Part shown: positions 26,686 to 39,619 of the stretch, piece by piece
How positions within the stretch are numbered: position 1 is the first letter of the stretch
How the letters are laid out: the number at the start of each line of letters is the position of its first letter
Origin: Eledone cirrhosa
Lineage: Eukaryota
Assembly (NCBI GenBank): GCA_964016885.1
Contig: CAXHJY010000133.1
Coordinates: 62,001-126,000, forward strand
DNA length: 64,000 bases
Direction: 5' to 3'
Notes under the pieces: generated by a model
Database searches by the model: none
What the model saw: the letters and a program-made list of their open reading frames with translations, nothing else
What the model was told of the DNA's origin: nothing
Translations under genes and position numbers: made by a program

Positions 26686-26971
26686 CAGGGGTTCTCAACC
26701 TGGTCCATGTGGACCACTAGTGGTCCACAGGAAAATTCAGGTGGTCCACAGAAAATTTTCTGACATGCATTTGACTTAAAGCGCTGTTCTTATTCTTCGC
26801 ATAAGTACGACTTCAGCTGTTTATTTGTGTAGATTTTTAGGCACTGCGACATGATAGCATTTTCTAATTCATTGAAAAAAAACATCTACTGATGCTTATA
26901 AGTAGCAGTTCTATTACAAAAGATTTAAAAGTTTAGGTGGTCCACAGCGAAAAAAAGGTTGAGAACCCCTG
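26686..26971. mobile_element. hAT (Charlie-like) MITE, 286 bp
   Basis: 15-bp TIRs caggggttctcaacc/ggttgagaacccctg, 8-bp TSD atctacac/atctacat (7/8 match), and subterminal gtggtccac repeats. Confidence 0.9.
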
Positions 26972-27157
26972 ATCTACATGATAAACACACCCAGTACTTG
27001 TACTGGGGTCAATTCTTCCTCTATATCTCTTTCAGGAGTTACGGGACCATACACACACACATACACACACACACACATATATATATATATTTGTTTTGCA
27101 AGGTTTTTGATATGAAATCATGTGTCGAAAAAAATATGACCCTCCCCAAATATAACA

Positions 27158-27226
<69 letters not shown>

Positions 27227-27284
27227 TGAGATTCTACAGGACTAGAACTGTTTCATTCATTAGAAATCATCAGGAATCTCTGAT

Positions 27285-27333
27285 GATTCCTGATGATTTC
27301 TAATGAATGAAACAGTTCTAGTCCTGTAGAATC
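27285..27333 (+). ncRNA. Type I hammerhead ribozyme in palindrome 27221-27342 (mirror copy at 27230-27278, minus strand)
   Basis: gattc-CTGATGA-t ttc taat gaa t-GAAA-cag ttctagtc ctg-TA-gaatc. Stem I differs from the 26523 copy but still pairs. Confidence 0.82.
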
Positions 27334-27508
27334 TCATCTATATTAAAACTGTTATACTCTGCTATGTATTGAGTACCTTACTTACTGTGGTTACCTCCGA
27401 TTCAACCCGGAATAACGTATATATATATATATATATATATCAAGGAAAAACTTGAACCGTTAAGATCTCCTTCCTGGATATGTCAATATTTATAGAACAA
27501 ACTTTGTA

Positions 27509-27565
27509 TTTTATCTGATGAGAGCATACCAAAGTTTTGATACCCTTGAAATATATATAATAGAA
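27509..27565 (+). ncRNA. Type I hammerhead ribozyme, slightly degenerate
   Basis: ttttat-CTGATGA-gagcataccaaagttttgataccctt-GAAA-tatata-TA-atagaa. Same family as 58074. Confidence 0.7.
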
Positions 27566-27701
27566 CCAATATGGTTTTATAAATATAGTTTCCATTTATT
27601 AATATCATTGATATTATACTCCAGAAAAACTGTCGAGTTCTTCGAATCAGTTATAAATATTTATATTTGTTGAATTACCAACAAATTAAATATCCCTTTT
27701 G

Positions 27702-27753
<52 letters not shown>

Positions 27754-28021
27754 CAAAAGTTTTATTTAAAATTGTTGGGTTACAACAAGTAAATATTTTA
27801 TAACCGACATAAAGCACTCGACAAGTTTTTGGAGTAGATATACGATATTAAACAAATGGAAACTATATTTATAAAACCATATTTATTTCATTATACATAT
27901 TTCAGGGATACCATATTAAAAAATATGGCATGCCTTCGTCAGATACCAAGCCAGCTTCCTACCTTAATGGTCGCTATATTTATGGTACGTCAAAATTATT
28001 TATAAAACTGGTTATATATTG

Positions 28022-28088
28022 TATTTTATCTGACGAAGGCATGCCATATTTTTTAATATGGTATCCCTGAAATATGTATAATGAAATA
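28022..28088 (+). ncRNA. Type I hammerhead ribozyme (inverted copy at 27885-27945, minus strand)
   Basis: tattttat-CTGACGA-agg c atgccatatt tttt aatatggtat c cct-GAAA-tatgta-TA-atgaaata. Confidence 0.8.
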
Positions 28089-28145
28089 AATATGGTTTTA
28101 TAAATATAGTTTCCATTTGTTTAATATCGTATATATATATATGGT

Positions 28146-28352
28146 GGTACTATCTGGGAGATTTTCCACAGCTGGATGCCCTTCCTAACACCAACCACAT
28201 TTACAGTGTGGACTGGGAGCTTTTTACCGTGTTAACTATATATGTATATATATATATATATATATACATATATAGTTAACACGGTAAAAAGCTTCCAGTC
28301 CACACTCTGTTAGGAAGGGCATCCAGCTGTGGAAAACCTGCCAGATAGTACC
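28146..28352. repeat. Inverted duplication of an RTE/SINE tail segment centred on (TA)n
   Basis: ggtactatctgg..ccgtgttaac-(TA)n-gttaacacgg..ccagatagtacc. Confidence 0.85.
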
Positions 28353-28456
28353 GGTCACCCGACGAACCTTGCCTTTCAAGTGGGACAATTCCTGTCTAAC
28401 CCATGCTAGCGTGGAAGATAGACGTTAAACGATGATGATAATGATGATGATATATA

Positions 28457-28495
<39 letters not shown>

Positions 28496-28995
28496 CTGAG
28501 CTGGTGGTTGTAGTGGTGTTGGTAGTGGTTGTGATGATGATGGTTGTAGCTACTGTGGTGGTGTTAGTGGTTGTAGTGGTAATAGTGTTGGTGGTAGTGG
28601 TGGTGGTGGTGTTGGTGGTAGTGGTGGTGGTGGTGGTGGTGGTGATTGTGGTCGTAGTGGCAGTAGTGGTAGCAGTAGTTGTATGTGGATGAGAGGATAT
28701 AGTGTATAGGGAGAGGGGGGAGGAGGGAGGAAGTAGAGAAAGGGAAACAGAGAGGGTGGGTGTGTGGGTAGAATGGTGGGGTGGGAGGTGGGGACTTAAA
28801 CCAGACAGGCAGGAAGTCAGTGTTCTGTCAATATATGATATATTGATCAATGATGGTGGTGATGATGGTGGTGGTGGTTGCGGTGGTGGTGGTGGTGGTG
28901 GTGGTGGTGGTAGTAGTGATAGTTGTGGTGGTGGTTGTGGTGGTAGTGGTGGTGGTGATGATGATTAATACAGAAGATAGCCAGAAATAGGAGAC

Positions 28996-29061
<66 letters not shown>

Positions 29062-29259
29062 ATAGACGGACAGACAGAAAAAACTAAGAAAAAATTTTGA
29101 GGGATGATGTAATTAGTTTATTGAAGTTGTGGGTGGGAGTCTGGGGTTGTGGGGGTCTGGGTAGCGGTGGTGGTGAAGGGGAGATGTGTGGGTGTGTAGG
29201 GTGTGTGTGGGGGATTTGGGGTGCAATATATGATGTATAGGAAGTTGTTTAAACCCTAC

Positions 29260-31085
29260 CAGCAAATACCACCATCATCACCACCATCACCCATTGCATC
29301 CCCACCACATCGTCCCTCATCCCCCAAGCATCACCACCACCACCTCGCCCCTCATCCCCCAAGCATCACCATCACCACCTCCACCATCATCATCATCATC
29401 CCTACCACTACCACCACCTCGCCCCTCACCCCCCAAGCATCACCACCACCACCTCGCCCCTCATCCCCCAAGCATCACCATCACCACCTCCACCATCATC
29501 ATCATCATCCCTACCACTACCACCACCTCGCCCCTCACCCCCCAAGCATCACCACCACCACCATCATCATTATCACTGCCACTACAAACTCCACCACCGT
29601 GTCCTCCAGCACCACCACCACCATTGCACCAATAGACACCAGCACACTTAATACCATCAAACAAACACAGCCCCCCCCCACACACACACAGCCCCACCAT
29701 ACCATCACAACTAATTCCCCCTTCCCCACCATCACACTACTCACCCCTACCACCACCACACAATACCATCAGACAAACACAGCTCCCTGCCACCACCCAA
29801 ACACCACCATACCAATACAACTAAATCACCACACCATACCACCACTACCACCACCATACCACCACTACCAACACCATACCACCATTACCAACACCATACT
29901 ACCACCATACCACCATCAAACCACCACTACCAACACCATACCACCACTACCAACACCATACCACCATACCACCACTACCAACACCATACCACTACCATAC
30001 CACCATTACCAACACCATACCACCACTACCAATACCATACTACCACCATACCAGCCTGTACAGCAACTGTCATTACATCACAGTCCATTGTATCATAGAT
30101 CATACATACCATCAAACCATCACACCACCACCATTCCACCATCACCAGTACCACCACCACCACTACACTATCAACCACCACCATACCACTACACTATCAA
30201 CCACCACCATACCACTACACCTTCAACCACCACCATACCACTACACTATTAACCACCACCACACTACTATCATCATCAGTACCACCACCACTACACTACC
30301 ACCACCACCGCCACCACTACACTACCACCATCATCAGTACCACCACCACCACCACTACACTACCACCATCACCAGTACCACCACCACCACTACACTACCA
30401 CCATCACCAGTACCACCACCACCACCGCCACCACTACACTACCACCATCATCAGTACCACCACCACCACACTACCACCATCACCAGTACCACCACCGCCA
30501 CCACTACCACCATCATCAGTACCACCACCACCACTACACTACCACCATCACCACCACCGCCACCACTACACTACCACCATCACCAGTACCACCACCACCA
30601 CCATCACCAGTACCACCACCACCACCGCCACCACTACACTACCACCATCATCAGTACCACCACTACCACCATCATCAGTACCACCACCACCACCGCCACC
30701 ACTACACTACCACCATCATCAGTACCACCACCACCACCGCCACCACTACACTACCACCACCACCACCACCACCACTACACTACCACCACCACCACCACCA
30801 CTACACTACCACCATCATCAGTACCACCACCACCACCACTACACTACCACCATCATCAGTACCACCACCACCACCACTACACTACCACCATCATCAGTAC
30901 CACCACCACCACCACCACCACTGCCACCACTACACCACCACCACCACACTACCACCATCACCAGTACCACCACCACCACCACCACCACTACACTACCACC
31001 ATCATCAGTACCACCACCACCACCACTACACTACCACCACCACCACTACACTACACTACCACCATCACCAGTACCACCACCACCC
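29260..31085. repeat. (ACC)n-rich compound repeat
   Basis: Repeated ccactacactaccaccatcatcagta modules. Confidence 0.9.
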
Positions 31086-31113
31086 TGTATAGCAATCATT
31101 ATTACATCAAATA

Positions 31114-31327
31114 GGGCGGTGGATTGGCAGTATCGGTAGAGGGTCGGACACCTTGCTTTGCAGCATAGAGTTACGTCCCTTTATGATCTGAGTTCAAATC
31201 CCGCCGAGGTTGACTTTGCCTTTCATCCTTACGGGGTCCATAAAATAAAGTACCAGTCACGCACTGGGGTCAATTTCATCGACTCCCCCCCCCCCCAAAT
31301 TGCTGGCCTTGTGCCTATATAAGAAAC
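31114..31327 (+). mobile_element. SINE family A, long variant, with 13-bp TSD
   Basis: TSD cattattacatca at 31097-31109 and 31328-31340. Confidence 0.9.
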
Positions 31328-31909
31328 CATTATTACATCACAGTCCATTCTATTATACCACCAAACCACCACACTACCACCATACCACTACCAACACCAA
31401 CATGACCACCACTGTACTGTAATGCAAACACTATTACATCACATTCCACTACATTATAGACCACACCACCACCACATCAACACCACACCACCACCACCAC
31501 CACACTGCTGCAATCACCACCAACAACCACTGCACACCACCACCACCACCACCACCACCACCACACCAACACCACCAATACTACCACCACCACCACACCA
31601 ACACCCCCACCCCCACCACCACACTGATGCAATCAATACCGCTGCAACCACCACCAACAGCATACTAGCACACTACCACCACCAACAACCACTGCACATC
31701 AACACCACCACCACACCAGCACTACCACCACCACTGCCAAACTAAGAGACCACCAAACTGCTCAGAAAAACAGGTTTTATTATTACAGAAGTTGTTTTAA
31801 TTAACTCTAATTACATTTAATTACAAACCAACAGGTTACAGGTTCAAATTTCATGGCAGGGTTACTGTGTGATTTAAACAAACGAACCACTTAGCTACAC
31901 ATCTACAGG

Positions 31910-32253
31910 CATTCGGTAGAGGGTCAGACACCATGCTTTACAGCATAGAGTTACAGCCCTTTACAGTCTGAGTTCAAATCTCCTCAATTTTTGCCTTTCA
32001 TCCTTACGGGGTCGATAAAATAAAGTACCAGCAATGCACTGGGGTATTTGCTGACCTTGTGTCTCAAGTAGAAACAATTACATAAATGGCAGTGATTTAG
32101 CAGCATCGGTTGAACGTTGGACATGCTTTACGGCATAGAGTTACATCTCTTTACATCTCCTTACGTTCAAATCCTGCTGAGGATCGATAAAAAATAAAGT
32201 ACCAGTAATGCACTGGAGTAATTGCTGGCCTTGTGTCTCAAGTAGAAACAATT
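31910..32253 (+). mobile_element. Two tandem degenerate SINE family A copies at the edge of the 60-bp array
   Basis: Both end ccttgtgtctcaagtagaaacaatt. Confidence 0.8.
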
Positions 32254-32254
32254 G

Positions 32255-33710
32255 TTACAGTGTGGTGTGTGTTAAACACACTAACCACTAAGTTACACAT
32301 CTACAGACATTACTACACAGTGTGGTCTGTGTAAACACAATGACCATTAACTTACACATCTACAGATATTACTACACAGTGTGGTCTGTGTCAAACACAC
32401 TAACCATTAACTTACACATCTACAGATATTACTACACAGTGTGGTCTGTGTCAAACACACTAACCATTAACTTACACATCTACAGATATTACTACACAGT
32501 GTGGTCTGTGTCAAACACACTAACCATTAACTTACACATCTACAGACATTACTACACAGTGTGGTCTGTGTCAAACACACTACTTACACATCTACAAACA
32601 GTACTACACAGTGTGGTCTGTGTCAAGCACACTAACCATTAAGTTACACATCTACAGACATTACTACACAGTGTGGTCTGTGTCAAACACACTAACCATT
32701 AACTTACACATCTACAGATATTACTACACAGTGTGGTCTGTGTCAAACACACTAACCATTAACTTACACATCTACAGACATTACTACACAGTGTGGTCTG
32801 TGTCAAACACACTAACCATTAACTTACACATCTACAGATATTACTACACAGTGTGGTCTGTGTCAAACACACTAACCATTAACTTACACATCTACAGACA
32901 TTACTACACAGTGTGGTCTGTGTCAAACACACTAACCATTAACTTACACATCAACAGATATTACTACACAGTGTGGTCTGTGTCAAACACACTAACCATT
33001 AACTTACACATCTACAGATATTACTACACAGTGTGGTCTGTGTCAAACACACTAACCATTAGCTTACACATCTACAGACATTACTACACAGTGTGGTCTG
33101 TGTCAAACACACTAACCATTAACTTACACATCTACAGATATTACTACACAGTGTGGTCTGTGTAAACACACTAACCATTAACTTACACATCTACAGACAG
33201 TACTACAGTGTGGTCTGTGTCAAACACACTAACCATTAACTTACACATCTACAGATATTACTACACAGTGTGGTCTGTGTAAACGCACTAACCATTAACT
33301 TACACATCTACAGACAGTACTACACAGTGTGGTCTGTGTCAAACACACTAACCATTAACTTACACATCTACAGATATTACTACACAGTGTGGTCTGTGTC
33401 AAACACACTAACCATTAGCTTACACATCTACAGACATTACTACACAGTGTGGTCTGTGTCAAACACAGTAACCATTAACTTACACATCTACAGACATTAC
33501 TACACAGTGTGGTCTGTGTCAAACACACTAACCATTAACTTACACATCTACAGATATTACTACACAGTGTGGTCTGTGTCAAACACACTAACCATTAGCT
33601 TACACATCTACAGACATTACTACACAGTGTGGTCTGTGTCAAACACAGTAACCATTAACTTACACATCTACAGACAGTGTGGTGTCTGTTAAACACACCA
33701 ACCACTTAAG
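32255..33710. repeat. 60-bp minisatellite, ~24 highly homogeneous copies
   Basis: Unit tacacagtgtggtctgtgtcaaacacactaaccattaacttacacatctacagatattac; consecutive 60-nt lines are nearly identical. Confidence 0.98.
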
Positions 33711-34814
33711 TAGTCATCATGAACAAAACACTGTATATAATATACAACAGACTTTACCAACATATCACCCGCATCGCCACCACTACACCTTCCCAACTAT
33801 ACATACCACCACCATCACACTACCACCACTAAACCTACTACATCATCATCATACCCACCTAAACCACAAATTACACCATCACTACCACCACTATAACTAC
33901 CCATCATGTAACCACATTCATACCCAACCTGCCCCCCCCCCCCCCCCAACACCACCAGAATTACAACTAGCGCCAGCACCACCACCACCCCTGACACCAA
34001 CACCACCATATCCCCACACTACCATACACCACCACCAATCGCTAACCCTACCCACCACAACCACCACAAGAACCCTACCACCACCACGATTGACACCACC
34101 ACTACCATCCACTAAACCTCTACCACCAATACCACCACCACTAACATCCCCAACTACCATCACTAACCCTACTACTGTCATCACCACCACCAACCCTACC
34201 ACTATACCACACCATCACCACCACCAACCCTACCACTATACCACACCATCACCACCACCACTGACACCACTACTTCCGTCCACTAAACCACTACCATTAA
34301 TACCACCACCACTATCACCACCACCACTACCCCCCCCCCCCCCCCCCACTACCACTAATACCACTACCACCACCAATAACCCCCCCATCACTAACCCTAC
34401 CACTACCATTACCAACACTATACCTCACCATCACCACCACCACTAACCCCCCCACTACCATCACTAACCCTACCACTACCATTACCACCCCTATACCCCA
34501 CCACCACCACCACCTTCACCAGTCAGTAAGTAAGATAAGTTTCCCAGAAGACATCCAACATCTGCCTGTCATTTCCTCCCAATATCAGGGTTTCTGGTTC
34601 AATTCACACCAATCTTCACACATGGTTGATTCAATGGGCCAGAGAGTGGATAGTCTGGGGGGGGGGGGGGGGGGGGGTACCGTGTGTGTCTGTATATTTA
34701 TATATACCTAATGTATGTAAAGGGTGTATATGTGAACTGTAGCCTGTCTATATGTATAGTATGCATGTATATTGTATACATATATGTATGCAAGTGTATG
34801 TATTTATATGTATG

Positions 34815-34922
<108 letters not shown>

Positions 34923-35071
34923 GTATGTATGTATATATATATATACATATGTATGTACACATGTGTATGTATTTATATATATATATATGCTCATATATAT
35001 AGTTCAAGAAATGACAAAAACACTGAGATAAAAAAACATAGTCTTATTAGTATGTATATATATATATATAT

Positions 35072-35123
<52 letters not shown>

Positions 35124-35126
<3 letters not shown>

Positions 35127-35221
35127 GGTGTCCCAAAAAATGTATACTTACTTGAACAGGATTCTAACAAATATTGACTGTACAGGTAATCAAAGTGTAT
35201 ACATTTTTGGGGGACACCATG
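35124..35221. mobile_element. Tc1/mariner-type MITE, same TIR family as 24992
   Basis: ta-cagggtgtcccaaaaaatgtatac...gtatacatttttgggggacaccatg. Confidence 0.8.
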
Positions 35222-35477
35222 TGTGTGTGTGTGTATATATATATATATAGAGAGAGAGAGTTAGAGTTTGTTTACAAACCACAAAGAATTTAAGGGTTTA
35301 GGGCATTTAATAATACATCATCATTAGGAAATGAGAAAAATTTACATATATATATATAATATAAAACGAAAAATCAGTGATGCATCTGAACTCAATTTAT
35401 TGTGTTACAACTGTTTTGCCGGCGGACAGCTCGAGACACGATCATATATATATACACATATATATATATGTGTGTAT

Positions 35478-36285
35478 ATCATCATCATCATCATCATCAT
35501 CAGGTTTAGCGTCCGTGTTCCACGCTTGCATGGGTTTGGACGGGGGTTTTCCCACTTGAGGCAAGAGTGGTTGTCTTGCTCGCATAGGACTGTCTGGCGG
35601 GTTTTCTACAGTTGGATGCCCTTCCTAACACCAACCACATTTACAGTGTGGGGCTGGGAGGTTTTTACCGTGTTGCCTACACGGCCACATTACAGCGTGG
35701 ACTGTCTGGCGGGTTTTCTACAGCTGGATGCCCTTCCTAACACCAACCACATTTACAGTGTGGGGCTGGGAGGTTTTTACCGTGTCGCCTACACGGCCAC
35801 ATTTACAGCGTGGACTGTGTGTTTTTTGTCGTGACACCTACACGATCTCATTTGTTTCGGCCTGGATGTTGTGGGACCAACATAACTTTACATTGAAAGG
35901 GGCGGTGTGGGTGGGGTGGAGGGTGGTGGGACGGGGGTGTGTTTTGATAGAGATGCCTACTGACTGTAGTAGGTTTTTACTTTGTATTTAGGTAAGGCGG
36001 GTCTTCTCTATTACTGAGTACCGCCAAAGGTCTCGGTCCAGTGACATTGTCTTGGAGAGGTGTAAGCGTGTGAGGTCGGAATTTATCAGCTCGTCCCATG
36101 TTTTTCTGGGTCTGCCTACTCCGTGGCTACCGTCTATCTTTATTGCCCTGCACTTTGTTATACAGCTGTCGTCTTTCATGCGCATCACGTGACCGTACCA
36201 ACGTAGCCTTCTCTCGAGTAAACAACATCTGATCCCTCTTATTTCTAATTTTTTCCTTAGTTCGTTTATGCTTTGCCGTTCACGT
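35478..36285 (-). mobile_element. RTE-clade LINE 3' fragment with (GAT)n tail
   Basis: ERRLRWYGHVMRM..GRPRKTW..DRDLWR is the RTE C-terminal signature. Nearly identical to 60675-61438. Confidence 0.9.
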
Positions 36286-36473
36286 ATATTACTATTGCAC
36301 GTATATATATATACATATATATTGTTATACTTTGGGAGGGTCATGTTGCCAATAAGAAATTGTATGTTTTGTGCCTCTCCTTTGTTCTGTCCTACGCCAT
36401 CTTGTTTTTGTCAAAAATAAGATGGCGTAGGACAGAACAAAGGAGAGGCACAACACAAAGAAAAGAATCCCCA

Positions 36474-36516
36474 GTCACTGAAGAGGTCACAGAATGTGTG
36501 ACGAAAGAACTTTGAC
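36474..36516 (+). ncRNA. Hammerhead-like motif in a fold-back element (36320-36705)
   Basis: gtca-CTGAAGA-g gtcaca gaatg tgtgac-GAAA-gaac-TT-tgac. A degenerate relative lies at ~26203-26245. Confidence 0.6.
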
Positions 36517-37123
36517 AATATATGAACAACCGACCGGTTGTGGAACCAACCAACCAACCAAAAATTTATAAATAAAAAAAAAAAAAGAATTTTTATTTAT
36601 TTATTTATTTTTTAATTTTTTATTTTAAATTTATAATAAATTGGAGTGAAAGCAACTGGTGCGTATGTTTCTTATTGGCAACATGACCCTCCCAAAGTAT
36701 AACAGTATCGGTTTCAACACACGCTTTCAGCTAAAGAATCTTGCTAAACAAATTGAGAAACGAAATATATATATATATGTAAAAGGTAAACAGAAATAAC
36801 AACACAATCGGTACAGTATATGGAAGGGATATATTTGGTTAACGCTTGAAATATCAGGAAGATGGTCTTAACGTTTCGGATGCTAGTCCTTTATCAGAAG
36901 AAAGAACGAGAAATTAGAAAAATTGAAGGGATGGACAGGGTGGAATTAGAAAAAATGTTTTTTTGAGAAAACTAACAGGTCCATCCATGTTGCCATCTCT
37001 TGGAAAACTGTTGATGCTGGCGCTTTGTGTATGACATATGATAAAGTAATAACAAAAATAACAAAACAAACAGCACAGTACATGAAATATATTAGTTTAA
37101 TGCTTGAAATAGCAGGAAGAGAG

Positions 37124-37159
37124 TCTTAACGTTTCGGACACTAGTCCTTCATCAGAAGA
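37124..37159 (-). ncRNA. Minimal hammerhead-like motif (CUGAUGAA variant)
   Basis: tctt-CTGATGA-a-ggac tagt gtcc-GAAA-cg-TT-aaga. Mutated relatives lie at ~8126, 36866 and 62629. Confidence 0.65.
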
Positions 37160-37394
37160 TATATATTAATATCCTCATCATCATCGTTTAACCTCAGCTT
37201 CCCTGACTGAGAAGGTTAAGACTGGTGGACAGTAGAGGTACTGACCCTGTATATATTATGTATGTATATATATATAAAATTTCAGGTTATCAATAATGTA
37301 GTGATAATATATCGTTACGTTAGAGATGAACAGCGTACGTGTAGGTTTGCTCAATGAGTATAAATTATATTCCGGAGAAAATGTAGAAAAGATG

Positions 37395-38005
37395 AATATA
37401 AAATGAAAGTGCTTTTTTTTAAAAAAAAGGAATTTATTAGGTATTGACATATGTTTCTGTAACAGACGGAATACCTATGTATCGCTGCTTGCGTAATCAT
37501 ATAATGCATATACCAGCAGGCTACCAGCATTGTTGTTATTCAGTAGCAGTCGAAATCTCCCTCTTCCTTAATTGACACTTTATAATTAATACTACTACAC
37601 CAAACAACCAGCCCTGTCCATTGTTCAATTGGTCAAGTATAGATTAAAATAGGCACTCCCAAGAATTCTTATTTAGATAAAATAAACCATATACTCATTA
37701 TATTCTCATTAGAAACCCTTTATATACTTGTTTACCAGTAAATTGAATTGCCATCTATCATATACTATCCCCACTCTTCCTTCTTTATTACAACTAATAT
37801 AAATATTTCAATTTTTCTGATTTTTTCCAATTTATCCAATATCTCTGAAGAAGTGACAACTGATTATACATTTGCTATCGAATACTTGCTAACATTATAT
37901 GATTACGCAAGCAGCGATACATAGGTATTCCGTCTGTTACAGAAACATATGTCAATACCTAATAAATTCCTTTTTAAAAAAAAAGCACTTTCATTTTATA
38001 TTCAT
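37395..38005. repeat. Fold-back element with ~110-bp inverted arms
   Basis: ~37392-37505 is the reverse complement of ~37895-38007. (TA)n flanks. Confidence 0.8.
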
Positions 38006-38057
<52 letters not shown>

Positions 38058-38464
38058 AGTGTGTGTGTATGCATGTATATATACACATATGTGTGTATAT
38101 AAACTTTGATAGGTTTCGGCCAGTATTGGTCCATGCCATGTCTAACTTCCTAGCACCACTTGGTGGTGGTGCTGATGATGATGATGGTGATGGTGGTGAT
38201 AGTGGTCATCTTGCTGGTGATGTTGATGATAATAGTGGTTGTGATAGTCTAGGGCCATCATCGTCATGAGACAATTACATATACACACTCACACACACAA
38301 GCAGACATATATATATATATATATATACACACACATATATATATACATACATATACATATATATGGATATATATGTATATATATATACACACATATATAT
38401 ATATATATATATATACATACATATATATATACATATATATGTATATACATATATATATACACAC

Positions 38465-38495
<31 letters not shown>

Positions 38496-38508
38496 CATAC
38501 ATACATAC

Positions 38509-38553
<45 letters not shown>

Positions 38554-38630
38554 TATACATATATATATATATACATATAATATATATACATATATATATA
38601 TACATATAATATATATATATATATATATAC

Positions 38631-38663
<33 letters not shown>

Positions 38664-38740
38664 TACACACATATATATACTCACACACACACACACATAT
38701 ATATAATCAAAACCTTAGCGGTATGTCACATATCAAATCT

Positions 38741-38807
38741 TATATTTTGTCTGATGAAAACGTACTTAAATACCATTGTACCTTTGAAATATGTATAATA
38801 AAATATA
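38741..38807 (+). ncRNA. Type I hammerhead ribozyme with degenerate stem II
   Basis: tatattttgt-CTGATGA-aaacgtac..gtaccttt-GAAA-tatgta-TA-ataaaatata. Confidence 0.7.
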
Positions 38808-38856
38808 TATTTTGATTATGAGAATATTTTTCATTTATTAATATTTTGAATAATAT

Positions 38857-38899
<43 letters not shown>

Positions 38900-39366
38900 T
38901 ATATATATGTAGGAGGTTAATACATATTAATAAATTCCTTTTTGCACATATTATTAAACCCTTCAATATATAAACCTTAAATAAATACTATTATTAATGC
39001 CTTTTTCTTTAATCATAAACATCACCATTCATAAGCCTCATTAACTTTTAATTTCAAAATGTTTTTTAAATTATGTATTATCTTACGGTTTTTTTTATTT
39101 TCTCTGTGAGACAGTGTTTCTCAGTATTAAAAGCTATCTCTCTCTCTCTCTCACTCATTTCTCCTCCTCTCTCATCATTCCTTCTTATACTCCTCCCCCG
39201 TTATCCTTTATTTTCTTTCTTCCTATTCCTCACCTTTTCTTTCTCCCCCCCCCCCCCCCCCTCCCTTTTTTCCCAATCTCATATATCCATCTTACTTTAT
39301 TTTTCATATGTTGATTTAACACTTCACTGCTCGCAAGTGTTTTTTAAGCTTCATATTATGTCTCCC

Positions 39367-39437
39367 TATTTTATCTGATGAGAACGCAAATATCATCCCA
39401 TGATGATATTTGTTCTTGAAATGCGCATAATAAAATA
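39367..39437 (+). ncRNA. Type I hammerhead ribozyme
   Basis: tattttat-CTGATGA-gaac gcaaatatcatc ccat gatgatatttgt tctt-GAAA-tgcgca-TA-ataaaata, with an 8-bp stem I and palindromic stem III. Confidence 0.85.
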
Positions 39438-39467
39438 CATGGAACTCTTTAAACCATCTTTTGATCT

Positions 39468-39507
<40 letters not shown>

Positions 39508-39619
39508 GCACACACTCACATAATTTGTATTCTCTGTGGTGTAAACAAGGCTTGTTTCCAAAATATGGCATTATCTACACATGCCCTCAATTTTGTATAA
39601 ATATATATATATATATATC

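Noticed and set aside
32255-33710. CRISPR-like regular array
   Set aside because: The units are contiguous with no unique spacers, there are no cas genes, and the context is eukaryotic; it is a minisatellite. The same applies to the 49-, 58- and 42-bp arrays.
34520-34655. Coding exon after a poly-C acceptor on the minus strand
   Set aside because: Stops occur in all three frames and the donor is weak; at most a non-coding exon.
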